Assembly: GCF_001194135.2 (NCBI RefSeq)
Contig: NC_069003.1
Location: 20,340,038-20,404,037 of the forward strand
Length of the DNA: 64,000 nt
Source of the DNA: Octopus bimaculoides
Taxonomy: Eukaryota
Reading direction: 5' to 3'
Shown here: one piece after another, positions 52,349-64,000 of the stretch
Position numbering within the stretch: position 1 is the stretch's first letter
Layout of the letters: every line of letters begins with the position of its first letter
Program-made: the position numbers and the translations under genes
Notes under the pieces: model-generated
Told to the model about the DNA's origin: nothing
What the model saw: the letters and a program-made list of their open reading frames with translations, nothing else
Database searches by the model: none

Positions 52349-53990
52349 CATTATTTACATTCGACGGATATGTGTCCTCATCTTGTTTGTTGTTAACGCA
52401 ACATTTCGGCTGATATACCCTCCAGCCTTCTTCAAGTGTCTTATTCCTAAGGTATTTTTCGATTAGTGTTCAGATCACTGCTTGGAATCGAACTCGGAAT
52501 CTGGTGGTTAGTAGTCTGTGCTCTTAACCACAACGCCATATGCCTGTGGGCAATTATGGAGTGAATTTTAGGGTTTATAAATCTAATATTTTTCCTATCC
52601 TTCCTTAATACCAGTTCCCATATGCTGCTCATATCAGCACTCGGTCTCCTTAGGAGGTTGTTGTGTCCTAGCATATGTACTGCTTCTTTTAGTTTTCGTA
52701 TTTTCCAGTGGTGTACTCGGTCTAATATTTTGACTTCATCCCACAGGGGGAGGTGGTCTCCATTTTTCCTTACATGATCAGCTATACCCGATTTATCAAT
52801 ATCTCCTCGTGTCACAGCTTTGCGATGTTCCTCTACCCTTATTTTGAGGGAGTGGCATGTTTCGCCTTTGTATAACCTACCACAACTGCATGGGATGGAG
52901 TACCCGCAGTCTTTGGTCATATTCTCTTCTATTGGTGGTTTTACTCAAAGAAGATATTTGCGAAGTGTTGTATTACTTTTGAATACTGTCCTTATGTCAT
53001 ATGGGCCGCATATCTTTTGTATCTTTTCAGAGAGGCCTTTCACATAGGGTAGACAGACTGTGGACAGTTCATTGACCTCATCCTCTCTCTTCTTCATAAT
53101 TGGAGTGGATAGCATACTTTTGGGGTAGTTGTTGCTTAACAGATCGTTATTGAGCCTGATCATTTCTTTGTGGTGTGTATCACGATCACCACTTATATTC
53201 TCTGTACGATGTTTTAGGCACTGAGCAATCCCTCTCTTGGTACTAGATACTTGGTACTAGAAAAAACAAAACCTGCTAAACAAAACATCACTAAGGAAGA
53301 AAAGTTCGCTATCAAAAGACTACAGAGTGATAATTCCATCATAATACTTCCAGCAGACAAGGGAAATGTTACAGTAATGATGGACAAGTCTGATAACTCT
53401 GAAAAGTTGGCAAGTCTTATAAATGATGGTAGCTACAGCAAAGTAAAGAAAGACCCTACTTTGAAAACAGAGAGGAAGTTGTCACATATCTTGATCAAGA
53501 ACAAGGATCACTTTACACCAATGAAGTACAGACAACTGACTCAACACCACAGTAAACTACCACACATGTACGGTCTCCCTAAGATTCACGAGGATGGTAT
53601 TCCATTAAGGCCTATAATGTGCAGATATGAGTTGCATATGGGAACCAGTATTAAGGAAGGATAGAAAAATATTAGACTTATAAGCCCTAAAATTCACTCC
53701 ATAATTGCCCACAGGCATATGACGTAGTGGTTAAGAGCACAGGCTACTAACCACAAGATTCCAAGTTCGATTCCAAGCAGTGACCTGAACACTAATAATA
53801 ATATTAATAATAATGATCATAATAATAATAATAATAATAATAACAACAACAACAACAGTATCGAAAAATACCTTAGGAATGAGAACCCAGGTTTGAAATT
53901 TCCCCAAGACACCTGAACAACAGACAAGATGAGGACAAATATCCATTGAATGCAAATAATGTAAATAATTTCTCATTTCTTAAATATAGA
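52349..53990. mobile_element. Rearranged Penelope-like element with inverted pseudo-LTRs
   Basis: GIY-YIG endonuclease (YSIPCSCGRLYKGET...EEHRKAV) and RT C-terminal part on - (about 52590-53240); RT N-terminal part (ILPADKGN...YGLPKIH...PLRPI) on + (53251-53620); 12-bp TSD AGGCTTCTTTCA at 52337-52348 and 53991-54002. Confidence 0.9.
52395..52442 (-). ncRNA. Degenerate hammerhead in Penelope pLTR
   Basis: Minus strand AAGACAC-TTGAAGA-A-GGCTG gagggtatat CAGCC-GAAAT-GTT-GCGTT. Confidence 0.5.
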
Positions 53991-55110
53991 AGGCTTCTTT
54001 CAGTTTCCATCTATCAAATCTACTCACAAAGGTCTGAGGCTATAATAGAACGCGCTTGCCCAAGGTGCCATGAAGTGGGACTGAACCCGGAACATGTGTT
54101 TGGGAAGCAAGCTTCTTACGACACAGCCACACCTGTACTTATAGCGTATTACTATATATGTCTGTCTATCTACATTTGTCTGTTTAGCTGCCCAATTATC
54201 TATCTATTTGTCTGTCTGTTTATCTATCTGTCAGACTATCTCAGTCTGTCTACCTCTCTGTCTATATTTGTCTATCTAGCTGTCCAATCTGTCTGTGTAT
54301 CTATCAGTCTGCCCATCTGCTTATTTATGTATGTATGTATGTATTTATCTATCTATCTGTCTGTCTGTCTCTCTGCCTGTCTGTCTCTCTGCCTGTCTGT
54401 CTCTCAGCCTGTCTGTCTATCTATTTATCTATCTATCTGCCTGTCTCCCCATCTTTCTATTTATTTACCNNNNNNNNNNNNNNNNNNNNNNNNNNNNNNN
54501 NNNNNNNNNNNNNNNNNNNNNNNNNNNNNNNNNNNNNNNNNNNNNNNNNNNNNNNNNNNNNNNNNNNNNNNNNNNNNNNNNNNNNNNNNNNNNNNNNNNN
54601 NNNNNNNNNNNNNNNNNNNNNNNNNNNNNNNNNNNNNNNNNNNNNNNNNNNNNNNNNNNNNNNNNNNNNNNNNNNNNNNNNNNNNNNNNNNNNNNNNNNN
54701 NNNNNNGAAATCATAATAACCAGTTCAACAATCAGTTTGTGTTCTTCCCTTTTTCTTCTTCTTTTTTTTATCACATTTCTATTGAACTGTAAATTATAAC
54801 TTAATTGCAAACTTTGATCTTATAAACAGTGGGTCTAATAGTCTGGTCTCTCTCTTTTCCTCTCTCTTTCTCTCCCCCTCTCTCTCTTTCTCTTGCTCCG
54901 TCCCTCTCTGTCCCCTCTTTGTGCCTGTGTGTATCTGTCTCATTCCATACCTCCACCTCTCTCTCTCCTTCTCTCTGTTTCTCATCTTCATGTCATCCTC
55001 TCTGTCAATCAACCTTTCTCTGTATTTTACATACAAGTATTTATTTTTTCTTTCTTTCTTCCTCTTTTCAACAAGATTTCATATTTTTTAAAAAATTCAT
55101 TTTTCACTAG

Positions 55111-55131
55111 TTTACCTGGTGTGCAATACAG
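55111..55131 (+). CDS. Candidate 21-nt microexon
   Basis: catttttcactag|TTTACCTGGTGTGCAATACAG|gtgagt; consensus donor, frame-preserving length; FTWCAIQ or LPGVQY. Confidence 0.35.
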
Positions 55132-55200
55132 GTGAGTTGAGCTAATAATAATGCTTTATGACATGTATAAATGTATGTGTATGTGCATACACACACACAC

Positions 55201-55292
<92 letters not shown>

Positions 55293-55403
55293 ATACACAC
55301 ACACGAGTGCACACACACACACGTGTATGTGTGTGAGCATGTACCCACATATCATATATACATACGGCAACATACCCACATATATATATTACATAAATAC
55401 ATA

Positions 55404-55766
55404 TGTAATATTATTACAAATTTGGGATTTTACCAATAGAACCACAACTCCTATTTCAGGATAACCTTATTTGTATGGAATACACATAGAAAATTATATC
55501 CAATAAAATAATATAAGCATTTAAAAAAAACCTACTATAAAATCCAATAAAATTATTTGAAAAAATATTTGAAAAAATATATATAACTAAGTAAGTTATA
55601 TATATTTTTTCAAATAATTCTATTGTATTTTATAGTAGGTTTTTTTTAAAAGCTTATATTATTTTATTGGATATAACTTTTTATGTGTATTCTATACAAA
55701 TAAGATTATCCTAAAATAGGAGTTGCGGTTCTATTAGTAACATCCTAAATTTGTAATAATATTATA
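55404..55766. repeat. Near-perfect AT-rich palindrome (arms about 180 bp, 5-nt loop)
   Basis: ...aaaaaatatatataact-aagta-agttatatatatttttt...; loop at 55589-55593. Confidence 0.92.
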
Positions 55767-55846
55767 AATGATACTGTTTACATTGGATTAGTAAAGTGTA
55801 AACGAGTAAATGTCCTGATAACCTTGAATTCCCTAAGATTTTATAA

Positions 55847-55887
<41 letters not shown>

Positions 55888-56436
55888 NNNNNNNNNNNNN
55901 NNNNNNNNNNNNNNNNNNNNNNNNNNNNNNNNNNNNNNNNNNNNNNNNNNNNNNNNNNNNNNNNNNNNNNNNNNNNNNNNNNNNNNNNNNNNNNNNNNNN
56001 NNNNNNNNNNNNNNNNNNNNNNNNNNNNNNNNNNNNNNNNNNNNNNNNNNNNNNNNNNNNNNNNNNNNNNNNNNNNNNNNNNNNNNNNNNNNNNNNNNNN
56101 NNNNNNNNNNNNNNNNNNNNNNNNNNNNNNNNNNNNNNNNNNNNNNNNNNNNNNNNNNNNNNNNNNNNNNNNNNNNNNNNNNNNNNNNNNNNNNNNNNNN
56201 NNNNNNNNNNNNNNNNNNNNNNNNNNNNNNNNNNNNNNNNNNNNNNNNNNNNNNNNNNNNNNNNNNNNNNNNNNNNNNNNNNNNNNNNNNNNNNNNNNNN
56301 NNNNNNNNNNNNNNNNNNNNNNNNNNNNNNNNNNNNNNNNNNNNNNNNNNNNNNNNNNNNNNNNNNNNNNNNNNNNNNNNNNNNNNNNNNNNNNNNNNNN
56401 NNNNNNNNNNNNNNNNNNNNNNNNNNNNNNNNNNNN

Positions 56437-56766
56437 ATATTTGTCCTCATCTTGTTTGTTGTTAACGCAACGTTTCAGCTGATATACCCTCCAGCCTTCT
56501 TCAGTTGTCTTGGGGAAATTTCAAACCTGGGTTCTCATTCCTAAGGTATTTTTTGATGTTATTATTATTGCTATTTTTATTATTAGTGTTCAGGTCACTG
56601 TTTGGAATCGAACTCGGAAGGCTGGAGGATATATCAGCCGAAGAAGGCTGGAGGGTATATCAGCTGAAACGTTGTGTTAACAACAAACAAGATGAGGACA
56701 AATATCCATCGAATGTAAATAATGTAAATAATGTACAGAATTCCTCATCTCTTAAATATAGAACTG
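56437..56766. mobile_element. Penelope pLTR pair in inverted orientation with hammerhead remnants
   Basis: - copy CTGAAGA-A-GGCTG..CAGCT-GAAACGTT (56463-56510); + copy with tandemly duplicated stem II hairpin (56617-56678); left boundary hidden by gap. Confidence 0.8.
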
Positions 56767-56896
56767 TACTTTCTTTTCTGTTTTGTTATATGTCTCTCTT
56801 TCTGTCTATCTCTCCCATCTCTCTCTCTCTCTCCTCTCTCTCACTCCCCCTCACTCTGTCAAATCTTTCTTTACAAACTCTCTTTAATAATATCAG

Positions 56897-56946
56897 AATA
56901 TCTGTGACCAGAAACAGAATTATGCCTGTTGATGGTTTTCAGAAAA
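56897..56946 (+). CDS. Weak candidate exon (50 nt)
   Basis: taatatcag|AATATCTG...CAGAAAA|gtaata; single open frame ISVTRNRIMPVDGFQK; weak splice sites. Confidence 0.15.
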
Positions 56947-57684
56947 GTAATAATGAAAAGTATTGCTCCTAGAACATCTTGCATCATCCCTCTGTACATA
57001 GCCTCTTCACATGCTAGAAATAGCAGTCAATTGATTGCTATTCTGAGGGTGGAAAAAAGAAAGATTCATTATTTCGCATAGACTGAGATGTAACAAAAAT
57101 TGTTTTCATTAAATTTTATTAATTGCTGATAATTGTTATTGTTGCTATTGTCATTCAACCCTTTCGCATTCAAACTGGCCACATCCAGCCCGAATATTCT
57201 CCCTGTTTTATGTTCAAACCAGCCAGATCTGGTTTCTCACACTTTACCCTACAATGTCATTCTAAAAATATGCAATCACACCACCAAAATCTCAAAGCTA
57301 TAAGAAAATACATGATTAATTAAAAACAGGGAGATTAAATAAGCATTATAATTGATAAAGTAATCTCACTACTAAAGGGTTAAATCAAGGTGGCTGATTA
57401 ACATAATCGGTAGAGCAACAAGTTTAATACTCCAGTTTTGTTTTCTTTTATGTTTTGAGTCCAAATTCTTCTAATGACAACTTTATCTTTCATAAGTGGA
57501 ATGGGGTGAATGGGTGGGGTCAATTCACTTGACTACCCTCCCCTCTACCACCTCCATCACCATCAGAAAAATCTTCACTAATTTTGTTATCAATTGATAT
57601 TAATTTCTGTATTGATGCTTGCATCATTGTTGTTGTTGCTGTCAACCGATATGTAACACTGAAGATGTCCTCTAAGGTTTTATA

Positions 57685-58280
57685 CATCATCATCATCGTT
57701 TAACGTCCGCTTTCCATGCTAGCATGGGTTGGACGATTTGACTGAGGACTGGTGAAACGTGATGGCTACACCAGGCTCCAATCTGATTTGGCAAAGTTTC
57801 TACAGCTGGATGCCCTTCCTAACGCCAACCACTCTGAGAGTGTAGTGGGTGCTTTTACGTGTCACCGGCATGAAGGCCAGTCAGGCGATACCGGCAACGA
57901 CCGCTCTCAAAATGGTGTATTTTATGTGCCACCCGCACAAGAGCCAGTCCAGGGGCACTGGCAACGATCTCGCTCGAATGACCTTACACATGCTGCGGGC
58001 ACAAGTGCCAGAAAGGCGACGCTAGGCACAGGTGCCATCACGATTTCGCTTGCTCCAACAAGTCTTCGCAAGCTGAGTTTTGTATCCAATGAAGGAGACG
58101 ACGTTGGCATGGGTGCCAGTCGTTGAATTTAGTTCGATTTTGATTTCACTTGCCTCAACAGGTCTTTGCAAGCGGAGTTTAGTGTCCAGTGAAAGAAAGG
58201 TACGCATAAGTGGGCTGGCTACACCCCTGGCAGAGGCCTTGGATTTAGGTCTCACTTGGCTTGCCGGGTCTTCTTACACA
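57685..58280 (-). mobile_element. RTE LINE 3' UTR fragment
   Basis: (CAT)n at left followed by the reverse complement of the RTE 3' UTR seen at 29700-30298. Confidence 0.88.
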
Positions 58281-58295
58281 TAATGAATATCTCTA

Positions 58296-59128
58296 AACTT
58301 TACTATTCTAGTGAACAAAACTAGTGAACTGTACCAGTAAATTTTATACTCTTTGGTGAACACGTACCTGTATATTTTATATTCCCAGAGAACCCATATA
58401 TTTTTATATTCCTGGTGAACCCATATATTTCAGACCAATGGTTCCCAGCTAGGGTCCATGTAAGATTTTATTATCTCCCATAAATTGGTTATACTTCTAC
58501 AATTCACAAAATATTTTAATACTTATTTTCATACAATTTCTAATAATATTTAATAATAAAAAAATATGATTTTCTTCAAACACTGAATGGCTAGGAGAGT
58601 TCATTCAAATAAAATAGGAATCAAAGGGGTCTATAGCCAAAAAAATGGTTCAGAAATACTGACAAGGAACATACATACTTTACTCCCTTAGGGAACATTT
58701 ATGTTTATATTCCCAGTGAACATGTAAATTCTATACTCCTGGTGAACATGCATATTCTGTATTCCCTGTGAAAATGTATACTGTATAATCCCAGTGAACA
58801 TGTATATTGTATATTCCTAGTGAACATATTTATTTTATACTCTCAATGAACATATATATTGTATATCCCCAATGAACATATACATTTTATACCTCTAGTG
58901 AACATGTACATTCCCAGTGAACATGTATATTGTATATTTCCAGTGAACATAGATTTTATACTCCTAGGGAACATCTATTTTGTACATTCCCTGTGAACCT
59001 GTATAATTTATATTTCCTGTGAACATGTATATTTTATATTCCCACTGAACATGTATATTTTATATTCCCACTGAACATGTATATTTTATGCTCTCAGCGA
59101 ACATATACATATTTTATATTCCTGGTGA
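58296..59128 (+). repeat. 26-bp degenerate minisatellite
   Basis: Unit cccactgaacatgtatattttatatt, interrupted at 58436-58661. Confidence 0.88.
58436..58661. mobile_element. hAT-like MITE (226 bp) interrupting a minisatellite
   Basis: Ends CAATGGTTCCCAGC...GGTTCAGAAATACTG resemble hAT TIRs; no clean 8-bp TSD. Confidence 0.5.
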
Positions 59129-59925
59129 AGAAATAAATATTGTGACCACTTAGACCTTTAATTAAATGGTTCCCTGCTTATAAAATAAAATAATTATTAG
59201 AATCCAACAAAAGCCATTTCATATAGTTTTACAAACTGAGATAAATTTGTGTAATATTGGGAGATGAAAGTATAAATGATACTCCCTCTGTTACAGGGAG
59301 ACAGTGAGGTAATGTATGCATACAAAAAACAGAAAGCAACAAATGAAACAAACCTTCCTTTTTTTCTCTCTGATGGAAACCTTGATACATCGAATTTCCC
59401 CTAGCATACAAAATTATTGAAGGTTGTGTAATAAGAAGTTTGCTTCCCGACACCATGGTTCTGGGTTCAGTCTCTCTGCATGACACTTTGGGTAAGTGTC
59501 TTCTTCTATAGCCTTAGCCAGACCAAAGCCTTGTGAGTGGATTTGGTAGATGGAAACTGAAAGAAGCTATCCATTGTATATGTATAATTCTATACATTCG
59601 CCCGATACTCAAAAAACCCTTTTTGTTTGTTATTTCCTTGTGTTTGTATATGTACTTTTGTTTGCCTTGCTCAGGGGCTTAATACCTTCAGCTTAAGCCC
59701 TTGGCCAAACTGGTTTCAAGTAGTGTTGGAGAGGATTGGGCGAAACTATGTGAACATTCTAGACTCCGACTGAAGAAGCAATTGGCTGCGAATGATCCGT
59801 GTATCTTGTTTTGTCCTGTTTGCCATTGTTGTGCTATCATCCTTTTCCTGCTTGTTGTGTTTTGACGATTTCAGTTTGTTGTTTTTTACCTTTCATATAC
59901 ATATATATATATATATATGAATATA

Positions 59926-61006
59926 TGAGATGAGTGGTTAGTGACTGCTGAGGACATGTGTAAGCTTGCAAGGAATGAAGCAAGTATGCTCTGCTGGATG
60001 CGTAATGTCAGTGTGCATACATGACAGAGTGTAAGCACCTTGAGGGAAAAGTTGGATTTAAGAAGCATCAGATGCAAGAGAGATGACTGCGCTAGTATGG
60101 TCACATGTTACGAATGAATGAGGACAGCTGTGTGAAAAATCGTCACACCCTAGAAGTTGAGGGAACCTGTGGAAGAGGTAGACCCAGGAAAACCTGGGAT
60201 GAGGTGGTGAAGCACGACCTTCGAACATTGGGCCTTACTGAGGCAATGACTAGTGACTGGGACCTTTGGAGATATGCTGTGCTTGAGAAGACCCAACAAG
60301 CCAAGTGAGACCATAGCTCATGGCTTATGCCAGTGGGTGTAATGAGCCCATTTATGAATACCCCTCATTCATTAGGCAATAAACCTTGCTTGTGAAAACA
60401 TTGAGGCAAGTGAAATCAAAATCAAAATTACTGATGTGGCCGTTGACAGTACCGCCTGATTGGCACTTGTACCAGTGGAACGTTAAAAGCACATCCGAAC
60501 GTGGGGTGTAACCGGCCCATTTATGAGTACTCCTCATTCATTGGACAATGAACTTTGCTTGCGAAGACCTATTGAGGCAAGTGTAAACAAATCAAAATCA
60601 CTGATGTGACCGATGACAGTACTGCCTGATTGGCACCTGTGCCAGTGGAACATAAAAAGCACATCCAAGCATGATCGTTGCCAGGGCCACGGATTGACTC
60701 CCGTGCTGGTGACATTTGAAAGCACCATTTGAGCATGATTGTTGCTAGCGTCGCTTTACCAGCACATGTGCTGGTGGTACGTGAAAAACAACATTCGAAC
60801 GTGGTCGTTGCCAGTACCAGCTGACTGGCCCTCGTGCTGGGGGCATGTAAAAGCACCCACTACACTCTTACAGTGGTTGGCGTTAGGAAGGGCATCCAGC
60901 TGTAGAAACTTTGCCAGATCAGATTAAGTCTGGTGCAGCCTCTGGCTCACCAGTCCTCAGTCAAACTGTCCAACCCATGCCAGCATGGAGAGCGGACATA
61001 AAATGA

Positions 61007-61010
<4 letters not shown>
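59926..61010 (+). mobile_element. RTE LINE 3' fragment
   Basis: RMNEDSCVKNRHTLEVEGTCGRGRPRKTWDEVVKHDLRTLGLTEAMTSD...LEKTQQAK* followed by the 3' UTR. Confidence 0.9.
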
Positions 61011-61071
<61 letters not shown>

Positions 61072-62012
61072 ACAGGCTTCTTTCAGTTTCCGTCTACCAA
61101 ATCCATTCACAAGGCTTTGGTCAGCTCGAGGCTATAGCAGAAGACATTTGCCCAAGGTGCCACGCAGTGGGACTGATCCTGGAACCATGTTGTTGGGAAG
61201 AAAGTTTCTTATTACATAGCCAGACCTGAATATAAATAATCTAATAAAATAAATGATAATATTAATAAGGTGACAAGTTGGCAGAATCATTAGTATGCTG
61301 GGCAAAATGCTTAGCAGCACTTCATCTGCCTTTATGTTCTCAGTTCAAATTCCACCGAGGTCAACTTTGCCTTTCATCCTTTCGAGGCTGATAAAATAAG
61401 TACCAGTTGAGCACTGGGGGTCAATGTAATCGACTTACACCCTCTCCACAAATTGCTAACCTTGTTCCAAAATTCAAAATCATTATCGGTTTCAAATTTA
61501 GATGGTGGTGAGCTGGTAGAGTCATCAGCATGTTGTGAAAAATGCTTGGCACCATTTTGTCTGTCTTTATGTCCTGAGTTCAAATCCCACTGAGGTTGAC
61601 TTTACCTTTCATCCCTCTGGTGGCAGGGAGCTTGATAAAATAAGTGTCAGTTAAGCACTGGGGTCGATGTCATTGACTTACCCACTGTGCCCAGAAATTG
61701 CAGGCCTTGTGCCAAAATTTGAAATCGTTATTCATAATATTAATAGTTAAATATTCTATTCTCTAATAAAATTATTTAATAAGCTTTAACAATTTCTTGC
61801 TTTATTAACTTTGTTACTGTTCTTGTTTAGCCCAAGGCCAATACTGAACAAGTAGGTCTAAAATCATCTAAAGTCATTAATTCAAACCAAATCAATCTCA
61901 TCTTATTAGTGTTGGGGGCAGAAAAGAAAGAACCTAGAACAACAGTTTCTTATGGGTTCTTCCCATTTCTAAGAGTAAAATTGTAAGTGCTTAAAGTTTG
62001 AATTATTTCTAG

Positions 62013-62059
62013 CATGTTCAAGGATCAGAGAGTTGGCAGCTTTCTTCCTTGTGGAATGT
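62013..62059 (+). CDS. Candidate exon (47 nt)
   Basis: ttatttctag|CATGTTC...GAATGT|gtaagt; all three frames open (HVQGSESWQLSSLWN / CSRIRELAAFFLVEC / MFKDQRVGSFLPCGM). Confidence 0.3.
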
Positions 62060-62097
62060 GTAAGTGTGCAATACCTGCATGGTGTAAAATTTTTTTA

Positions 62098-63060
62098 TTT
62101 GATAATGACATTTAAGTGATTTGATAATGATATTAAGATGATTTGATGATGAAGTTTAGGTGATTTAATAATGGTTTCAAATTTTGCCACAAGGGTAGTA
62201 ATTTTGCGGGAGGGGATGAGTCAATCACATTGATCCCAGTGTTCAACTGGTACTTATTTTATCGACCCCAAAAGAATGAAAGATAAAGTTGACCTCGACA
62301 GAATTTGAACTCAGAACGTAGCAACAGATGAAGTACCATTAAGCATTTCTCCCGGCATGCTAACGATTCTGCCAGCCTGCCACCTTTAGGTAATTTAATG
62401 ATGATATTAAGATGATTTACTAATGATATTAAGGTTATCTGATAATGATGTTTAGGTAATTTGATATTGATATTTAGGTGATTTGATAATGATATTTACA
62501 TGGTTTGACAATAATATTAAGGTAATTTGATAATGATATTAAGGTGATTCAGTTATAACATTTACATGATTTAATGATGATGTTTTGGTGATTTGATTAT
62601 GATATTAACATGAACCCCTATGTACTCCATTCTTCCTTCTTCATGTATTTGTTTTCTATCATACCCAGTACATGGATACTGTCTGTATCTTTGTATCCCC
62701 TACATTTTAGTTATATTAATTTCTAAGCCCTTGTACTTTCATAATAAGTAGTACTACTTCCTCAGATATAGCATCTTGGTCAGAAAGGAGCAAGATGCCT
62801 ACAGAGTTTCTAAGGTGTTCCACTTGTTATTTAATAATGACATTTAGGTGATTTGATAATGGTGTTTACATGATTTCATAATCATGTTTATATGATTTGA
62901 TAAAAATACTAAAGTGATTTGATAACACTGTTTTGGTAATTTGATAATAATTTGATTATGATGTTTAGGTGATTCAACAATGATATTTAGATAACTTGAT
63001 AATTATCAAAATCACCTAAACATTTAATAATGGTGTTTAGGAGATTTTGATAATTTCATC
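62098..63060 (+). repeat. About 22-bp degenerate minisatellite
   Basis: Unit ggtgatttgataatgatattaa; interrupted by a SINE (62172-62386) and a unique block (about 62612-62780). Confidence 0.8.
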
Positions 63061-64000
63061 ATCATGATCATGATCGTCGTTGTCATTGTTATCGTCATCG
63101 CCATCATCATTGTCATCATCATCATCATCATCTTTGTTGTTGCTGTTGTTGTTGTCATTGTTTTCATCCTAATCCTTATCACTATAATCATCACAACCCA
63201 CCTCCTCTTCCACTTCTTCCTTCTTCTCATCATAATCACCATCACCATCATCATTATAATCATTATCATCAACAACACTATTGTCATCATTCTTGCATCA
63301 AATTTCCCAATACTAGCATGGGTTGGAAGAGACATATAGTTACTATTTTATGGCTGGAGGCTTTTCCTGTCACCAACCTTTACTTGGTTATCAAATAACA
63401 AGTATGTATTTTTTATTCCCCTGGTCTTTACATATCAAAACCTATGAAACTATTGAGCTGTGTCATATGTGTGGGAATGAAATTCGCTAAGGGCATGCAA
63501 ATCCAGTTTTTCAGGAGTATGCTCAAAGCATTCTCATTGCCCTCAAGAAATTTTAGTGGGTGCACTTGCACATTTTGTACCTCCTGTTCCTGAACCTCCG
63601 AGTTGCATGATGTATTGTTTACAGGAGACATAAAACTAATCTCATTGTTTTTGCTCAAATGGTGACAATATGAACACTTACGAAGGCGTCGAGCTGGTAG
63701 AAATGTTAGTACACCAGGCGAAATACTTTGTGGTATTTTATCTGTCTTTATGTTCTGAGTTCAAATCTGCCGAAGTCGACTTTGCCTTTCATCCTTTTGG
63801 GGTTGATGAATTAAGTACCAGTTGTGTACTGGGGTCAATCTAATTGACTGACCCCGCTCCTGAAAAATTTTGGCCTTGTACCTAGAGTAGAAAAGAATAT
63901 GAACACTTATGGAAACAATATAGAAAATTCCCATGTGAATGTGTACATGTGTGCATGCACATGCAAAAACAAACACACATACATACACATAATTGGACAA

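Noticed and set aside
53705-53790. Possible tRNA gene (also 40218-40290, 35103-35180, 46575-46655)
   Set aside because: A/B-box-like motifs without a complete cloverleaf; these are SINE or pLTR heads
59770-59800. CTGAAGA-A-GCA..TGC-GAA motif
   Set aside because: GAAAC is incomplete and there is no stem I partner; degenerate
17546-63060. Tandem arrays as CRISPR-like systems
   Set aside because: Units are contiguous with no unique spacers, and the context is eukaryotic intronic DNA
1855-63339. Numerous ORFs rich in CV, YI, HT, poly-I, poly-M, poly-D or X residues
   Set aside because: They are translations of di/trinucleotide microsatellites or N-gaps, not genes
63428-63658. 76-aa minus-strand ORF
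   Set aside because: No recognisable motif, non-ATG start and no convincing splice signals

Overview
AT-rich, microsatellite- and retroposon-dense animal genomic DNA from a gapped scaffold with about 12 N-gaps. The SINE/RTE/Penelope repertoire and repeat content suggest an octopus-like coleoid cephalopod; this is inference. One gene is well supported: a + strand PAQR3-like (progestin/adipoQ receptor, CREST superfamily) gene. Five GT-AG coding exons (14073-14235, 19455-19607, 25704-25907, 28038-28128, 32212-32351) join in frame into 249 aa and carry the ExxNxxxH, SxxxH, DxxG and HxxxH motifs; the first coding exon is not visible. A second + strand gene may be represented by small exons at 51586-51687, 55111-55131, 56897-56946 and 62013-62059, but this is uncertain. 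Most of the remaining recognisable sequence is RTE LINE remnants, tRNA-derived SINEs, microsatellite-embedded Dong/R4-type RLE LINE fragments, Tc1/mariner and hAT remnants, foldback palindromes and Penelope-like elements. The most interesting signals are several minimal type I hammerhead ribozyme motifs. One (25168-25253) has an intact catalytic core and lies sense inside a PAQR3 intron. A TSD-bounded Penelope-like insertion (52349-53990) has inverted terminal repeats that combine a tRNA-like Pol III head with a hammerhead. Almost all ORFs in the supplied track are microsatellite, gap or repeat artefacts.
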